From Desulfatiglandales bacterium (lineage in GTDB: Bacteria > Desulfobacterota > DSM-4660 > Desulfatiglandales > Desulfatiglandaceae), in the NCBI GenBank assembly GCA_963662465.1, contig OY759599.1, forward strand, positions 5,760,001 through 5,824,000: 64,000 nucleotides of DNA, in the 5' to 3' direction. This document shows positions 43,880-53,065 of the stretch, piece after piece (positions within the stretch are counted from its first letter, which is position 1; each line of letters starts with the position of its first letter). A model generated the notes under the pieces. That model was not told where the DNA came from, did not search any database, and worked only from the letters and a program-made list of their open reading frames with translations. Made by a program: the position numbers and the translations under genes.

Positions 43880-44158
43880 TTAATCCAGAACCCCTGGCTG
43901 GGTCAACAATTTCTTAAGGCGGGGTTTAGATTGTATCGGGCGATCTAAAGCTTGCTGGAAAATCTCCCATTGGGCTTTGTCCAGTCCAAAATGGCGTCGA
44001 TCCGCTAATGTTTGGTTGGCCGCTGTGATGCCTGCTTCCAACAAAAACTCGCTTACATTTTTATGGCAGGCACGGGCAGCCTCCTGCAACAATTGTTTGA
44101 CCGCAACGCTTGCGCGCACATCAATTCGTGTCGATTTCGATTGTATTAAACTGGTCAT
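43880..44158 (-). CDS. DUF1778 ribbon-helix-helix antitoxin
   Basis: KSTRIDVR...KQLLQEAA...VSEF...L...QW..F..ALD.P...PRL..L pattern. Confidence 0.88.
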   Translation of the reverse strand: MTSLIQSKSTRIDVRASVAVKQLLQEAARACHKNVSEFLLEAGITAANQTLADRRHFGLDKAQWEIFQQALDRPIQSKPRLKKLLTQPGVLD

Positions 44159-44184
44159 GAGTACCTCCTTTCATCCATATTGAG

Positions 44185-44213
44185 AGCATAGCGTACGGAC
44201 AATGTTATGACAA
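44185..44213 (-). promoter_or_regulatory. TA operon promoter with probable operator
   Basis: Minus strand TTGTCA-17 bp-TATGCT, overlapping an imperfect palindrome (GTACGGACAATGTTATGAC). Confidence 0.5.
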
Positions 44214-44250
44214 GCGAAAAATGTATATATAGATCGTCACTTAAATAATT

Positions 44251-45321
44251 TCAAACAAAAAAGCATTTTAGTCCCCATTCCATGCTTTTGCCTTGGGGGT
44301 AAAAAACAGCTTCGGTAGGATCATAGTAGAGGATATTGGCGGATACCAGATCATGCAAAATCGCCTCAAGTTTTGTGTCGGGCAAATCACATTTTGCTTT
44401 CAAGTTAGTCCTGTTCCACACAGCGCAATCCGCAAATAGCTTTAACAATAACGCTTTATCCTGGCTGAACCCGATGTAATCATCAATGATCCCTCTCATG
44501 GAATGCTTGTATTCCGTAAGCGCAACCTCCAAATCCTCATTGAAAAGGTCCGTCAATATCTTTTGTATCTCCCACATACTGCCGCCCACGGCATCCCATA
44601 TCTTCATAATGTCAATCTTTGTGAGTGTGTAGGCTGTAATCTTGCTGTATTTTTCAAGATTCTCCAACCATTCAACGACATTTTCCCTTGACAGATAGTC
44701 CACCCTGAAAAACGATGACGTTTTCTTCAAGCGGCTATCCTTATAAACCGTATCGATAAAATATCCATCAGAAGAGGAGATGACGACATGGGACAGATGA
44801 CTTTCTTTGGTCATGGCAACAAAAAAATTAAAGAGCGCCGTGATCAACTCACGCTGTCCATTCATATAAACCCGATCAAGGGCCTGGAGTTCGTCAATGA
44901 TGATAACCGGCTTGATGCCTTTTTTATTGAGTTTCAGAAATTCCCGTTTCATGACGGAGAACGGATCAACCGTCCCGCTATTCAATCCCTTGAGTACCTC
45001 AACTTTAACTTTGAATACCTTTAAATCATATTCCCGTGTTTCCTTGATGTCTTCTTTGGCTTGGTCATGGTCAACGCCAAAAAACACCTTCAGAAAATCC
45101 TTGTAATCAATCATCAGGATTTCCCTCAGATTGATAAATTTTACATCAAGCCGTTGTTCTGTTTGGATTTTGTTAAAAAATTTATAGAGCAGCGTTGTTT
45201 TCCCAGACGATTTGGGTCCGTGCAGAAACAGTATTTCATTCGGTCGCTTATCAATAAAGTTAGAAAGATATGCCAGCTCTTTCTCTCTATTGATAAACGC
45301 AACATCCTGTTTGTATTTCAT
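44251..45321 (-). CDS. Archaeal-type ATPase (ATPase_2-like) with probable C-terminal winged helix
   Basis: FINREKEL, Walker A GPKSSGKT, Walker B IIIDELQ. Confidence 0.8.
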   Translation of the reverse strand: MKYKQDVAFINREKELAYLSNFIDKRPNEILFLHGPKSSGKTTLLYKFFNKIQTEQRLDVKFINLREILMIDYKDFLKVFFGVDHDQAKEDIKETREYDLKVFKVKVEVLKGLNSGTVDPFSVMKREFLKLNKKGIKPVIIIDELQALDRVYMNGQRELITALFNFFVAMTKESHLSHVVISSSDGYFIDTVYKDSRLKKTSSFFRVDYLSRENVVEWLENLEKYSKITAYTLTKIDIMKIWDAVGGSMWEIQKILTDLFNEDLEVALTEYKHSMRGIIDDYIGFSQDKALLLKLFADCAVWNRTNLKAKCDLPDTKLEAILHDLVSANILYYDPTEAVFYPQGKSMEWGLKCFFV

Positions 45322-45362
45322 ATCATGTTACCCTGTCTGGTCTTCTTTACCATGAAAATACA

Positions 45363-45451
45363 GCTGTTAGCTGTTAGCCGTTAGCTTAAAAGCGGTAGAT
45401 GTTATTTTCATCTGCGGGGGTGGCAAACCCCCTTGTCATGAGGGTTTACCC
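45363..45451. repeat. GCTGTTA heptamer triplet plus GC hairpin
   Basis: GCTGTTA GCTGTTA GCCGTTA (45363-45383); GGGGTGGCAAACCCCCTTGTCATGAGGGTTTACCCC downstream of ribBA. Confidence 0.4.
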
Positions 45452-45457
45452 CGAGGT

Positions 45458-46579
45458 TTAGGTTTCCAAGGGAACCCGGCCCACCATCGTCAGGTCGTAC
45501 CCTTCAAGGCCCTTAATTTTTTTGGGGTTGTTGGTCAACAACCGCATCTTTTTGACCCCCAGGGCCACCAGTATCTGCGCGCCTACGCCGTAATTCCTCA
45601 AATCCGCTTCCAGACACCCCTCCTTGTGGGCCGCTGAAATTTCCTTCCCGTTTTCTTCAAGGACCTGGTATCGTGCCAGCCTTAATCCTCTTCCTTCCTG
45701 CTGGATGTAGATAATAACCCCCCGCCCTTCCTGTTGGACCATCTCCATGGCTTTGTCCAGCTTGGCCCTGCAATCGCATCTTAAGGAGCTGAAAATATCG
45801 CCGGGGGTACACTGGGAATGGACCCGAACCAGAATCTCCTGTTCCGGATCGATATCCCCCTTGACCAGCACCAGGTGTTCGTGGGCATCAATATCGTTTA
45901 CAAAGGCCAGGGCTTTGAATTCACCGTGGGGCGTGGGCAGAACGGTTTCCGCGGCCTGATGTACGAAGGATTCCGTACGCATTCGGTACTCGATGATATC
46001 CGCCACGCTGGCGATCTTCAGCCCGTGTTTTTCGGCAAAGATCTCCAGATCCGGCATTCGGGCCATGGTGCCGTCGTCCTTCATGATTTCACAGATGACG
46101 CCCGCGGGTTTCAAACCCGCCAGGCGTGCCAGGTCCACGGACCCTTCGGTTTGTCCGGTCCTGAACAGCACGCCGCCGCGGCGTGCCCGCAGGGGAAATA
46201 CGTGACCCGGCTGAACCAGGTCCTGGGGACCGGCGTCATCGGCCACGGCGACCTGGATGGTTCGGGCCCGGTCACCGGCGGATATGCCGGTGGTGACCCC
46301 GGTCCGTGCCTCGATGGATACGGTAAAGGCCGTCTCAAAGGGGGAGCAGTTGTCGCTGACCATCTGGGGCAGTTTCAATTTTTCCAACAGGTGTGCCGCC
46401 ATGGGGAGGCAGATGAGCCCTCTTCCGTAAGTGGCCATGAAATTGATGGCTTCGGGGGTGGTTTTTTCAGCGGCCATGGTCAGGTCGCCTTCGTTTTCCC
46501 GGTCTTCATCGTCCACCAAAATGATCATCTTTCCCTGTTTCAGGTCTTCCAACACTTCTTCTATGGTTGCTAAAGGCAT
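45458..46579 (-). CDS. ribBA: DHBP synthase fused to a GTP cyclohydrolase II-like domain
   Basis: DDEDRENEGD, TTGISA, PGHVFPL; RVHSQC..GD...S.RCDC, QEGRG, LLTNNP. The GCH II part is degenerate (see findings). Confidence 0.88.
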   Translation of the reverse strand: MPLATIEEVLEDLKQGKMIILVDDEDRENEGDLTMAAEKTTPEAINFMATYGRGLICLPMAAHLLEKLKLPQMVSDNCSPFETAFTVSIEARTGVTTGISAGDRARTIQVAVADDAGPQDLVQPGHVFPLRARRGGVLFRTGQTEGSVDLARLAGLKPAGVICEIMKDDGTMARMPDLEIFAEKHGLKIASVADIIEYRMRTESFVHQAAETVLPTPHGEFKALAFVNDIDAHEHLVLVKGDIDPEQEILVRVHSQCTPGDIFSSLRCDCRAKLDKAMEMVQQEGRGVIIYIQQEGRGLRLARYQVLEENGKEISAAHKEGCLEADLRNYGVGAQILVALGVKKMRLLTNNPKKIKGLEGYDLTMVGRVPLET

Positions 46580-46642
46580 GATATTAAAATCTCCAATTTC
46601 TTATGAATTAATCGTAAACCGGCAAAACCGAAACCGTAAGGG

Positions 46643-48676
46643 TTATGACACCCCCATAAGCGTTTCAGCTTTCTTGACCACGGTTTCAATGGTAAAACCA
46701 AAGGCCTTGAAAAGTTCTTTGGCGGGCGCTGAAGCCCCAAACCGATTCATTCCGATGATGGCGCCGTGAAGGCCGGTGTAGCGATCCCAGCCGAAGGGGC
46801 TTGCGGCCTCCACCGCCAGGCGTGCCGTCACATCCGGGGGAAGCACCTGCTCCCGGTATGCCTTGGGTTGGGCTTCGAACCGTTCCCATGAGGGCATGTT
46901 CACGATGCGTACCTTGACGCCCCGGGCCGTTAATTGCTCATAAGCGCCGATAATGAGATGCACTTCGGCGCCGGTGGCCATCAGGATCAGATCGGGCTTT
47001 CCGTCCGTGGCATCCGCCAGTACGTAGGCCCCCTTATCAAGTTCCCCGGCCGATGTGTAGCGCGTGCGGTCAATGACCGGGAGGCCCTGGCGGCTCAGGA
47101 TCAGGGCGCAGGGGCCGTCCTGCCGGGTCAAGGCCACCTTCCAGGCCTCCACCGTTTCCTCTGCGTCGGCGGGCCGGATCACCATCATGTTGGGAATGGC
47201 CCGAAGGCTCGCCAGATGTTCAATGGGCTGATGGGTGGGGCCGTCTTCCCCAAGGCCAATGGAGTCGTGGGTAAACACGTAGATGACCGGAAGCCCCATG
47301 AGGGCGGCCAGTCGAATGGCAGGGCGCATATAGTCGGAAAATACCAGAAATGTGCCGCCATAGGGGATGAGGGCTTTGCTAAGGGCCATCCCGTTGAGGA
47401 TTGCGCCCATGGCATGTTCCCGTATGCCGAAGCGGATATTGGGACCGCCGGCCTCTTTAAATTCCTCAAATCCTTTCAGAAAGGTATTGTTTGAGGGGGC
47501 AAGATCGGCGGAGCCGCCCACAAGCCCGGGCAGGTAAGGCTTGACCGCCGCCAATGCCTGGCCGGAAGCTTTTCGCGTGGCGATGTTTCCCTGGGTCACG
47601 TCAAAATGGGGCAAGGCTTCGGCCCATTTTGATGGGTCCGGCGTTCCATGCATCATTTGCCATTCTTCGGCAAGTTCGGGGTGCTTTTTTTGATAATCGG
47701 CGTAAAGGGCCAACCAATCTTTTTCCAGTTCGGCGCCCCGTTTCAGGGCACGGCGAAAAACGGCAAGGGCCTCTTCGGGGACCAGAAAGCTCGGCACTTC
47801 GGGCCAGTCGCAGTTTTTCTTGGTCAGCAAGACTTCTTCAGTGCCCAGGGGCGCTCCGTGGGCATCCGGGGTATCCTGTTTGTTGGGACTGCCCCATGCG
47901 ATATGGGTCCTGGCAATAATGAGAGACGGCCGTGTTGTGTCCCCTTTGGCGTTAGTCAGGGCCTGGTTTATGCCGGGCATATCATACCCATCCACCCGCT
48001 GAACCTGCCACTTGTAGGCCTCAAAACGACGTGCCACATCTTCGGTAAAAGTGATGCCGGTAGTGCCCTCGATGGTAATTTTGTTGTCCAAATAAATGTA
48101 AACGAGCTTTCCCAGGCCCAGATCCCCCGCCATGGAGGCCGCTTCCGATGAAAGGCCTTCCATCATATCGCCATCGCTGACCAGGGCATAAATATAATGG
48201 TCCACCAGGGGAAATTCAGGCTTGTTGAAGCGGCGTGCAAGAAACCGTTCCGCCATGGCCATTCCGACGCCGGTGGCAAACCCCTGACCCAGGGGACCCG
48301 TGGTGGTTTCAACACCGGGAGCGCAACCGTATTCCGGGTGGCCCGGCGTGGGACTCTCCCACTGACGGAAGTTTTTCAGATCTTCCAGGGAAAGACCGTA
48401 GCCCGTCAGATGAAGCATGGCATAGAGCAGCATGGACCCGTGTCCGGCGGACAGGACGAATCGATCTCGGTTGGGCCATTGGGGATTTACGGGATTATAA
48501 TTCATGGCGCCCGTCCACAGCACATAGGCCAGTTCAGAGGCTTCCATGGGCATTCCCGGGTGCCCTGAGTTAGCCTTTTGTACGCCATCCACCGCAAGAA
48601 ACCGGATGGTGTTGATGCATTTTTTTTCTAATTCGTCAGAGATGTTCGTCTGTCCATTTGAGGCATTTGTGATCAT
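46643..48676 (-). CDS. tkt: Transketolase
   Basis: [39 protein letters not shown] motifs. Confidence 0.97.
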   Translation of the reverse strand: MITNASNGQTNISDELEKKCINTIRFLAVDGVQKANSGHPGMPMEASELAYVLWTGAMNYNPVNPQWPNRDRFVLSAGHGSMLLYAMLHLTGYGLSLEDLKNFRQWESPTPGHPEYGCAPGVETTTGPLGQGFATGVGMAMAERFLARRFNKPEFPLVDHYIYALVSDGDMMEGLSSEAASMAGDLGLGKLVYIYLDNKITIEGTTGITFTEDVARRFEAYKWQVQRVDGYDMPGINQALTNAKGDTTRPSLIIARTHIAWGSPNKQDTPDAHGAPLGTEEVLLTKKNCDWPEVPSFLVPEEALAVFRRALKRGAELEKDWLALYADYQKKHPELAEEWQMMHGTPDPSKWAEALPHFDVTQGNIATRKASGQALAAVKPYLPGLVGGSADLAPSNNTFLKGFEEFKEAGGPNIRFGIREHAMGAILNGMALSKALIPYGGTFLVFSDYMRPAIRLAALMGLPVIYVFTHDSIGLGEDGPTHQPIEHLASLRAIPNMMVIRPADAEETVEAWKVALTRQDGPCALILSRQGLPVIDRTRYTSAGELDKGAYVLADATDGKPDLILMATGAEVHLIIGAYEQLTARGVKVRIVNMPSWERFEAQPKAYREQVLPPDVTARLAVEAASPFGWDRYTGLHGAIIGMNRFGASAPAKELFKAFGFTIETVVKKAETLMGVS

Positions 48677-48700
48677 TTATGATTCCTCTTTCCATTAGAT

Positions 48701-49318
48701 TCAGTTTTCTTGTGCTTCATCTTCGTCCCCGGCAAATGCCAGGGCCATTTCAAAGGCGGACCGGGTAAAGGTCAGGACCCGTTGATATTCCTCGTCGGAA
48801 AGTTTTCTGGCGACGTCATGACCTCGATAGATATTGACAAACTGCCTTTCCCGTTCCAATTGAACCGGCAGTCGCCCCAGACCCCATTTTTCAAGGATTT
48901 CCCATATTTCGGGGTTGTAGGTTCGGGTTAGCTTGATGATAAAGGGGATGGGATCATGACGCGCCAGCAACGCCGCCAGCCGCAGAATCAATTCAAAGGA
49001 AAGGGTTGCCGCGCCGTTTTCAACGGCCGCCAGAATTGATTCGTCGGCCAGTCGAATGGTTTGGCTCACATCTTTCCGGGTCAACCCCGCAACTTCGCGC
49101 AAATCTTTCAGGTAGGCCCCGGCCTCTTCAATCATTTTACGCCGATCGGGAGAATTCAGAACGGCCTTTCCAACCAGTTCCGAAACCATCGCCCCCTTAG
49201 AGACCAATTTCACGGCAGCGGACGTCATGCTGAGCAACATTTTGACAAGGGACCGTTCATCCTTGGGATAAGGTTCCAGTATCTCGTCGGGAATTTCAGG
49301 TGTTTCTGGTTTCATCAT
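48701..49318 (-). CDS. XRE-type helix-turn-helix protein
   Basis: Central LKDLREVAGLTRKDVS...VENG HTH; extra N- and C-terminal helical regions. Confidence 0.65.
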   Translation of the reverse strand: MMKPETPEIPDEILEPYPKDERSLVKMLLSMTSAAVKLVSKGAMVSELVGKAVLNSPDRRKMIEEAGAYLKDLREVAGLTRKDVSQTIRLADESILAAVENGAATLSFELILRLAALLARHDPIPFIIKLTRTYNPEIWEILEKWGLGRLPVQLERERQFVNIYRGHDVARKLSDEEYQRVLTFTRSAFEMALAFAGDEDEAQEN

Positions 49319-49959
49319 GTTTTTTCAAGGATCAGCACATCCACTTTGCCCTCAAGGGCCTTTTTGAAGGCAACAGCATCCTGGTCGTTGCCCACAATGG
49401 CGCCATAGTGCATGGGGATGGCGAGTTTCGGTTTAATGGCAAGGGCGGCCTTTACGGCCTGATCCGCCGTCATGACATAGGTTCCTGATACCGGCAGCAG
49501 GGCAATGTCCACGTTCAGGTCTTTCATCTCGGGAATAAAATCCGTATCGCCCGCATGATATATTCGGACCCCCGCCACCTCAACAACAAATCCCAGCCAG
49601 CCGTTCTTCCTCGGATGAAAATCCTTATCCGTGTTGTATGACGGTACGGCTTGGATTTTTACACCGTCCAGGTTCAGGGTTTCTCCCGGCTTCAGCACCC
49701 TCACGTCCCCCGTCAATTTTTCAGCCGAATCCTTTTCGGTCACAAGGATCGTTTGAGGGCCTTGAATTTGGGCCACATCTTCCGGCGAACAATGGTCAAA
49801 ATGGTCATGAGAAATCAAAATCAAGTCCGCTGTAGGACCCCCTTCAATTTGGTATGGGTCAAAATAGATGATTTTATCATTGTCGATTCGAAATCCATCA
49901 TGCCCCAGCCAGTGAATTTTTTCAGCAAAAGATTCTATCATATTCACGTCCTCCGCCAA
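49315..49959 (-). CDS. Metallo-beta-lactamase fold hydrolase
   Basis: WLGH, DP, SHDHFDH, YHAGDT, IPMHYG motifs. Confidence 0.9.
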   Translation of the reverse strand: MAEDVNMIESFAEKIHWLGHDGFRIDNDKIIYFDPYQIEGGPTADLILISHDHFDHCSPEDVAQIQGPQTILVTEKDSAEKLTGDVRVLKPGETLNLDGVKIQAVPSYNTDKDFHPRKNGWLGFVVEVAGVRIYHAGDTDFIPEMKDLNVDIALLPVSGTYVMTADQAVKAALAIKPKLAIPMHYGAIVGNDQDAVAFKKALEGKVDVLILEKT

Positions 49960-49986
49960 TTTGCGCGTGGGTTAGCACCTTATTTC

Positions 49987-50058
49987 CTAAAAACCTATCA
50001 CAAAAAACAAGAAATTCATTGATAGAACAACTTAAAACTTAAAACTGCGGCTTGCCGC
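49987..50058 (-). repeat. Dispersed repeat family B, copy 2
   Basis: Inverted copy of 39841-39899; also shares AAAAC[T/C]GCGG[C/T]TTGCCGC with the 61913 copy. Confidence 0.75.
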
Positions 50059-50246
50059 TAATAAGGTTCCAAAACGATTTTATGGTCCACCAGTGAAAAT
50101 TGTTTAATTCTGGCGCGAATTTTCTTTGCATCGCCAAAAATATCCACCAGTTTGATTTCATTGTCGCGATTTTCCAAGGCATCCACATCCTCAAAAAACA
50201 TCTCTTCCTTTCCATTTTTCAAAATATAGGCTGTTGATTCACACAT
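50058..50246 (-). CDS. cooT: CooT-family nickel-binding protein
   Basis: 62 aa; MCE N-terminus (Cys2), DIFG and LVDH near the C-terminus. Confidence 0.8.
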   Translation of the reverse strand: MCESTAYILKNGKEEMFFEDVDALENRDNEIKLVDIFGDAKKIRARIKQFSLVDHKIVLEPY

Positions 50247-50745
50247 GCTGATTTACCTCCTGTAAGATCTCTTGCACGATATTGACGGCCTGGTTTACCA
50301 GATGAGGCAAAGGCTCCCTGGAAACGCCCACGATCTTTATCTTTTCCTGAGTCAGGGGAATTAAGATCTTTCTGGCTGGGCTGGAGCTGACGGCCGTTGC
50401 CATTTGGGGGGTTAGTTCACCCATCATGGCATTGGCCATCAAAATGGAGACCGGCCCGATAATCACATCTACCCTTTGACTGGTGTGAACAATGGCATTT
50501 TCCCCGGACCCGCCCCGGTTGGCGCCGGCCTTCATCATCCTGGAAGTGGCAATGGAATTGGTGCCCAGGGCCAGAATTTCCAAATCGAGGCCCATGGAAG
50601 TCCTGAGCCCTTTAATAAGGGTTGCGCCGATGCCGCCCCCCTGTCCGTCCAAAACCATAATTTTCACGGTTCTACCCTCACGTTGCATGGCTTCAGATGA
50701 AAAAACCATTGCATCCCATTTGAAACATCGATAGTTTAAGATCAA
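50239..50745 (-). CDS. DUF3842-family protein
   Basis: DGQGGGIG, ALGTN..AT..M.KAGA..G.SGENAI, ANAMMGE.TP. True start is probably GTG near 50667. Confidence 0.75.
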   Translation of the reverse strand: MILNYRCFKWDAMVFSSEAMQREGRTVKIMVLDGQGGGIGATLIKGLRTSMGLDLEILALGTNSIATSRMMKAGANRGGSGENAIVHTSQRVDVIIGPVSILMANAMMGELTPQMATAVSSSPARKILIPLTQEKIKIVGVSREPLPHLVNQAVNIVQEILQEVNQHV

Positions 50746-50814
50746 AAAATTTACCAGAGCCGGCGACTATTGTAAAGATCTGAAATTCGAACTGAAGACA
50801 GGGAGGAGTCTTTT

Positions 50815-51429
50815 ATGCTGATTCAAACGTTTTTTTTTGCCGTGGGCGCCTATCTTGCGGGCGCTGTCCCCTTTGGAAAAATTATCGCCGGGTTTGCGGC
50901 GAAAATCGACATTACTGAGAGGGGAAGCAAAAATATCGGCGCCACCAATGTGGCCAGAGAGCTGGGTATGAAATGGGGTCTCCTGACATTGATCCTCGAT
51001 GTGTTGAAAGGACTGGTTCCCGTACTCCTTTTCTCTCTCTGTACCTTGAATGGGAGCGCATCGAGTCAAATGGGCCTTGCGTGCGTCAGTCTCTGTCCTT
51101 TGCTGGGGCACCAGTTTTCGATCTTTATGGGATTTCGGGGCGGCAAGGGTGTTGCCACGGCTTTGGGTATATATCTGGCACTTTCTCCCATCTCTTGTTT
51201 ACTGGGGCTTTTAATTTTCCTCCTGGTGGTCCTGAAGTGGGATTTCGTATCGTTAGGTTCCATGGTTGCAGCGGGTTGTATCCCCATATTTTTGACGCTT
51301 TTCCATCAACCCAAAACAGTGGTGTTGGCATCGGTTGTTATGGCAACGCTCATCTACATCCGGCACGGGGAAAATGTGGAAAGACTGGTCAGGGGCAAGG
51401 AGCGAAAATGGAGCGGTAGGAGCGAATAA
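50815..51429 (+). CDS. plsY: Glycerol-3-phosphate acyltransferase PlsY
   Basis: GSKNIGATN, DVLKG, GH...F.GGKGVAT, RHGEN..R motifs. Confidence 0.93.
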   Translation: MLIQTFFFAVGAYLAGAVPFGKIIAGFAAKIDITERGSKNIGATNVARELGMKWGLLTLILDVLKGLVPVLLFSLCTLNGSASSQMGLACVSLCPLLGHQFSIFMGFRGGKGVATALGIYLALSPISCLLGLLIFLLVVLKWDFVSLGSMVAAGCIPIFLTLFHQPKTVVLASVVMATLIYIRHGENVERLVRGKERKWSGRSE

Positions 51430-51442
51430 TCATTCGCCCTAC
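51416..51442. repeat. GTAG-type REP-like palindrome between convergent plsY and parB
   Basis: GTAGGAGCGAATAATCATTCGCCCTAC. Confidence 0.65.
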
Positions 51443-52284
51443 GTTAGAAATTCCACCAGCCGATCCAATTCATCATCGGAATAGAAATACAGAAGGATCT
51501 GCCCTTGTTTTCCTTCTTTTTTGATTTCAACCTTGGTTCCCAGCGATCGCTTAAGGTTATCCGATAGAGACCGGATGTAGGGATCATCCTTGGACAGGAT
51601 CTTTTTGGGTGGGGGCGGTTTTTTCAGTTTTTTTGCCAGGGCCTCGGCCTGTCGCACCGACAGCCCATTTTTGATAATGGCATCCCGCAAAACCATTTGT
51701 TGGTCTTTTTCCGTTATGCCGGCCAGCAGTCGTGCATGCCCCATATGGAGGCGTTTGTCGATCACGTCCTGCTGAATGGGAATCGGCAGGTTCAGAAGTC
51801 TTACCAGGTTGGCGATGGTTGACCGGTCTTTTCCTAATCGTTGGGCCAACGATTCCTGTGTGGATGCCGTATCTTCCAATAATTTTTTGTAAGCCGTGGC
51901 CTCTTCAATGGGGTTCAGGTCCTGCCTCTGGATGTTTTCAATGAGTGCCAGTTCCAGGGACTCCGCAGGCGTTACCTCCCGAACCACAATGGGAACCCGC
52001 TCAAGGCCTGCTTTCTGTGCGGCCCGCCATCGTCTTTCGCCGGCAATGAGCTGGTAGCCCGCCTCGGTTTTATTCACCAGAAGCGGGGTCAGGATGCCCT
52101 TTTCCCGCACCGAAGCCGCCATTTCATCGAGTTCATGGGACGGAAATTGTTGTCTGGGCTGGTTTGGATTCGGTTCAATGGCGCCGACGGGGCAGAGGAA
52201 AAATTGCTCTTCTTTTTCGTCCAGATTGTGGCCATCGGGAATCAGGGCCGACAAACCCTTTCCCAGAGCATTTCGTTTGATCAT
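51439..52284 (-). CDS. parB: Chromosome partitioning protein ParB
   Basis: LGKGL.AL, NPNQPR, IAGERRWRA, ENIQRQDL and HTH. Confidence 0.96.
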   Translation of the reverse strand: MIKRNALGKGLSALIPDGHNLDEKEEQFFLCPVGAIEPNPNQPRQQFPSHELDEMAASVREKGILTPLLVNKTEAGYQLIAGERRWRAAQKAGLERVPIVVREVTPAESLELALIENIQRQDLNPIEEATAYKKLLEDTASTQESLAQRLGKDRSTIANLVRLLNLPIPIQQDVIDKRLHMGHARLLAGITEKDQQMVLRDAIIKNGLSVRQAEALAKKLKKPPPPKKILSKDDPYIRSLSDNLKRSLGTKVEIKKEGKQGQILLYFYSDDELDRLVEFLT

Positions 52285-53054
52285 GCCGTCTTCTTCTCCC
52301 TTTCAATCATTTCACGCGCCAGCGACAGGTAGCTCTGCGCCCCCTGTGAGCGTATGTCATAGAGGATAATGGGTTTGCCGTAACTCGGGGCTTCGCTTAG
52401 GCGAACATTTCGCGGGATCACCGTTTTTAGCACCCGTTCATTGAAAAGCGCCCGGGCTTCCTGCTCTACCTGATGGGAAAGATTGTTTCGCTGGTCGTGC
52501 ATGGTCAGCAGAATATCAACGTGCCTGAGTGCGGGATTGAGATTTTTCTTTATGGCCTTGATGGTTGTCAGCAGTTTGGACAACCCTTCCAGGGCATAAT
52601 ATTCGCATTGAAGCGGCACCAGGACGGACCTGGATGCTGTTAGGGCATTAATGGTTAAAAAACCGAGAGATGGCGGACAATCGAGAAAAACATAGTCATA
52701 GCGGTCTCGAAGCAATGAAATGGCCTTTCTGAGCAGAAATTCCTTGGAAGCCATGGATGCCATTTCCACTTCGGCGCCGATGAGTTCATGGGTGGCGCCC
52801 AGAAGGTGGAGGTGGGGAAGCTCGGTTTCGGAAATGGCCTCTTCCAGGGAAGCCGTTCTCATGAGGAGATCGTAAAGGCCGTGGGACAGGCCGGCGGTAT
52901 CGAGTCCCAATCCGGTTGTCGCGTTCCCCTGGGGATCGCAATCAATCAAAAGACAGGTTTTCTCGCCGGCGGCAATGGCGGCGGAAAGATTGACGGCGGT
53001 GGTTGTTTTCCCGACGCCGCCTTTTTGATTTGAAATGGAAATTACCTGGGTCAT
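52281..53054 (-). CDS. parA: Chromosome partitioning ATPase ParA/Soj
   Basis: NQKGGVGKTT, DCDPQGN, DCPPSLG, QCEYYALEG, LSEAPS motifs. Confidence 0.96.
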   Translation of the reverse strand: MTQVISISNQKGGVGKTTTAVNLSAAIAAGEKTCLLIDCDPQGNATTGLGLDTAGLSHGLYDLLMRTASLEEAISETELPHLHLLGATHELIGAEVEMASMASKEFLLRKAISLLRDRYDYVFLDCPPSLGFLTINALTASRSVLVPLQCEYYALEGLSKLLTTIKAIKKNLNPALRHVDILLTMHDQRNNLSHQVEQEARALFNERVLKTVIPRNVRLSEAPSYGKPIILYDIRSQGAQSYLSLAREMIEREKKTA

Positions 53055-53065
53055 AGTTTTAACGC

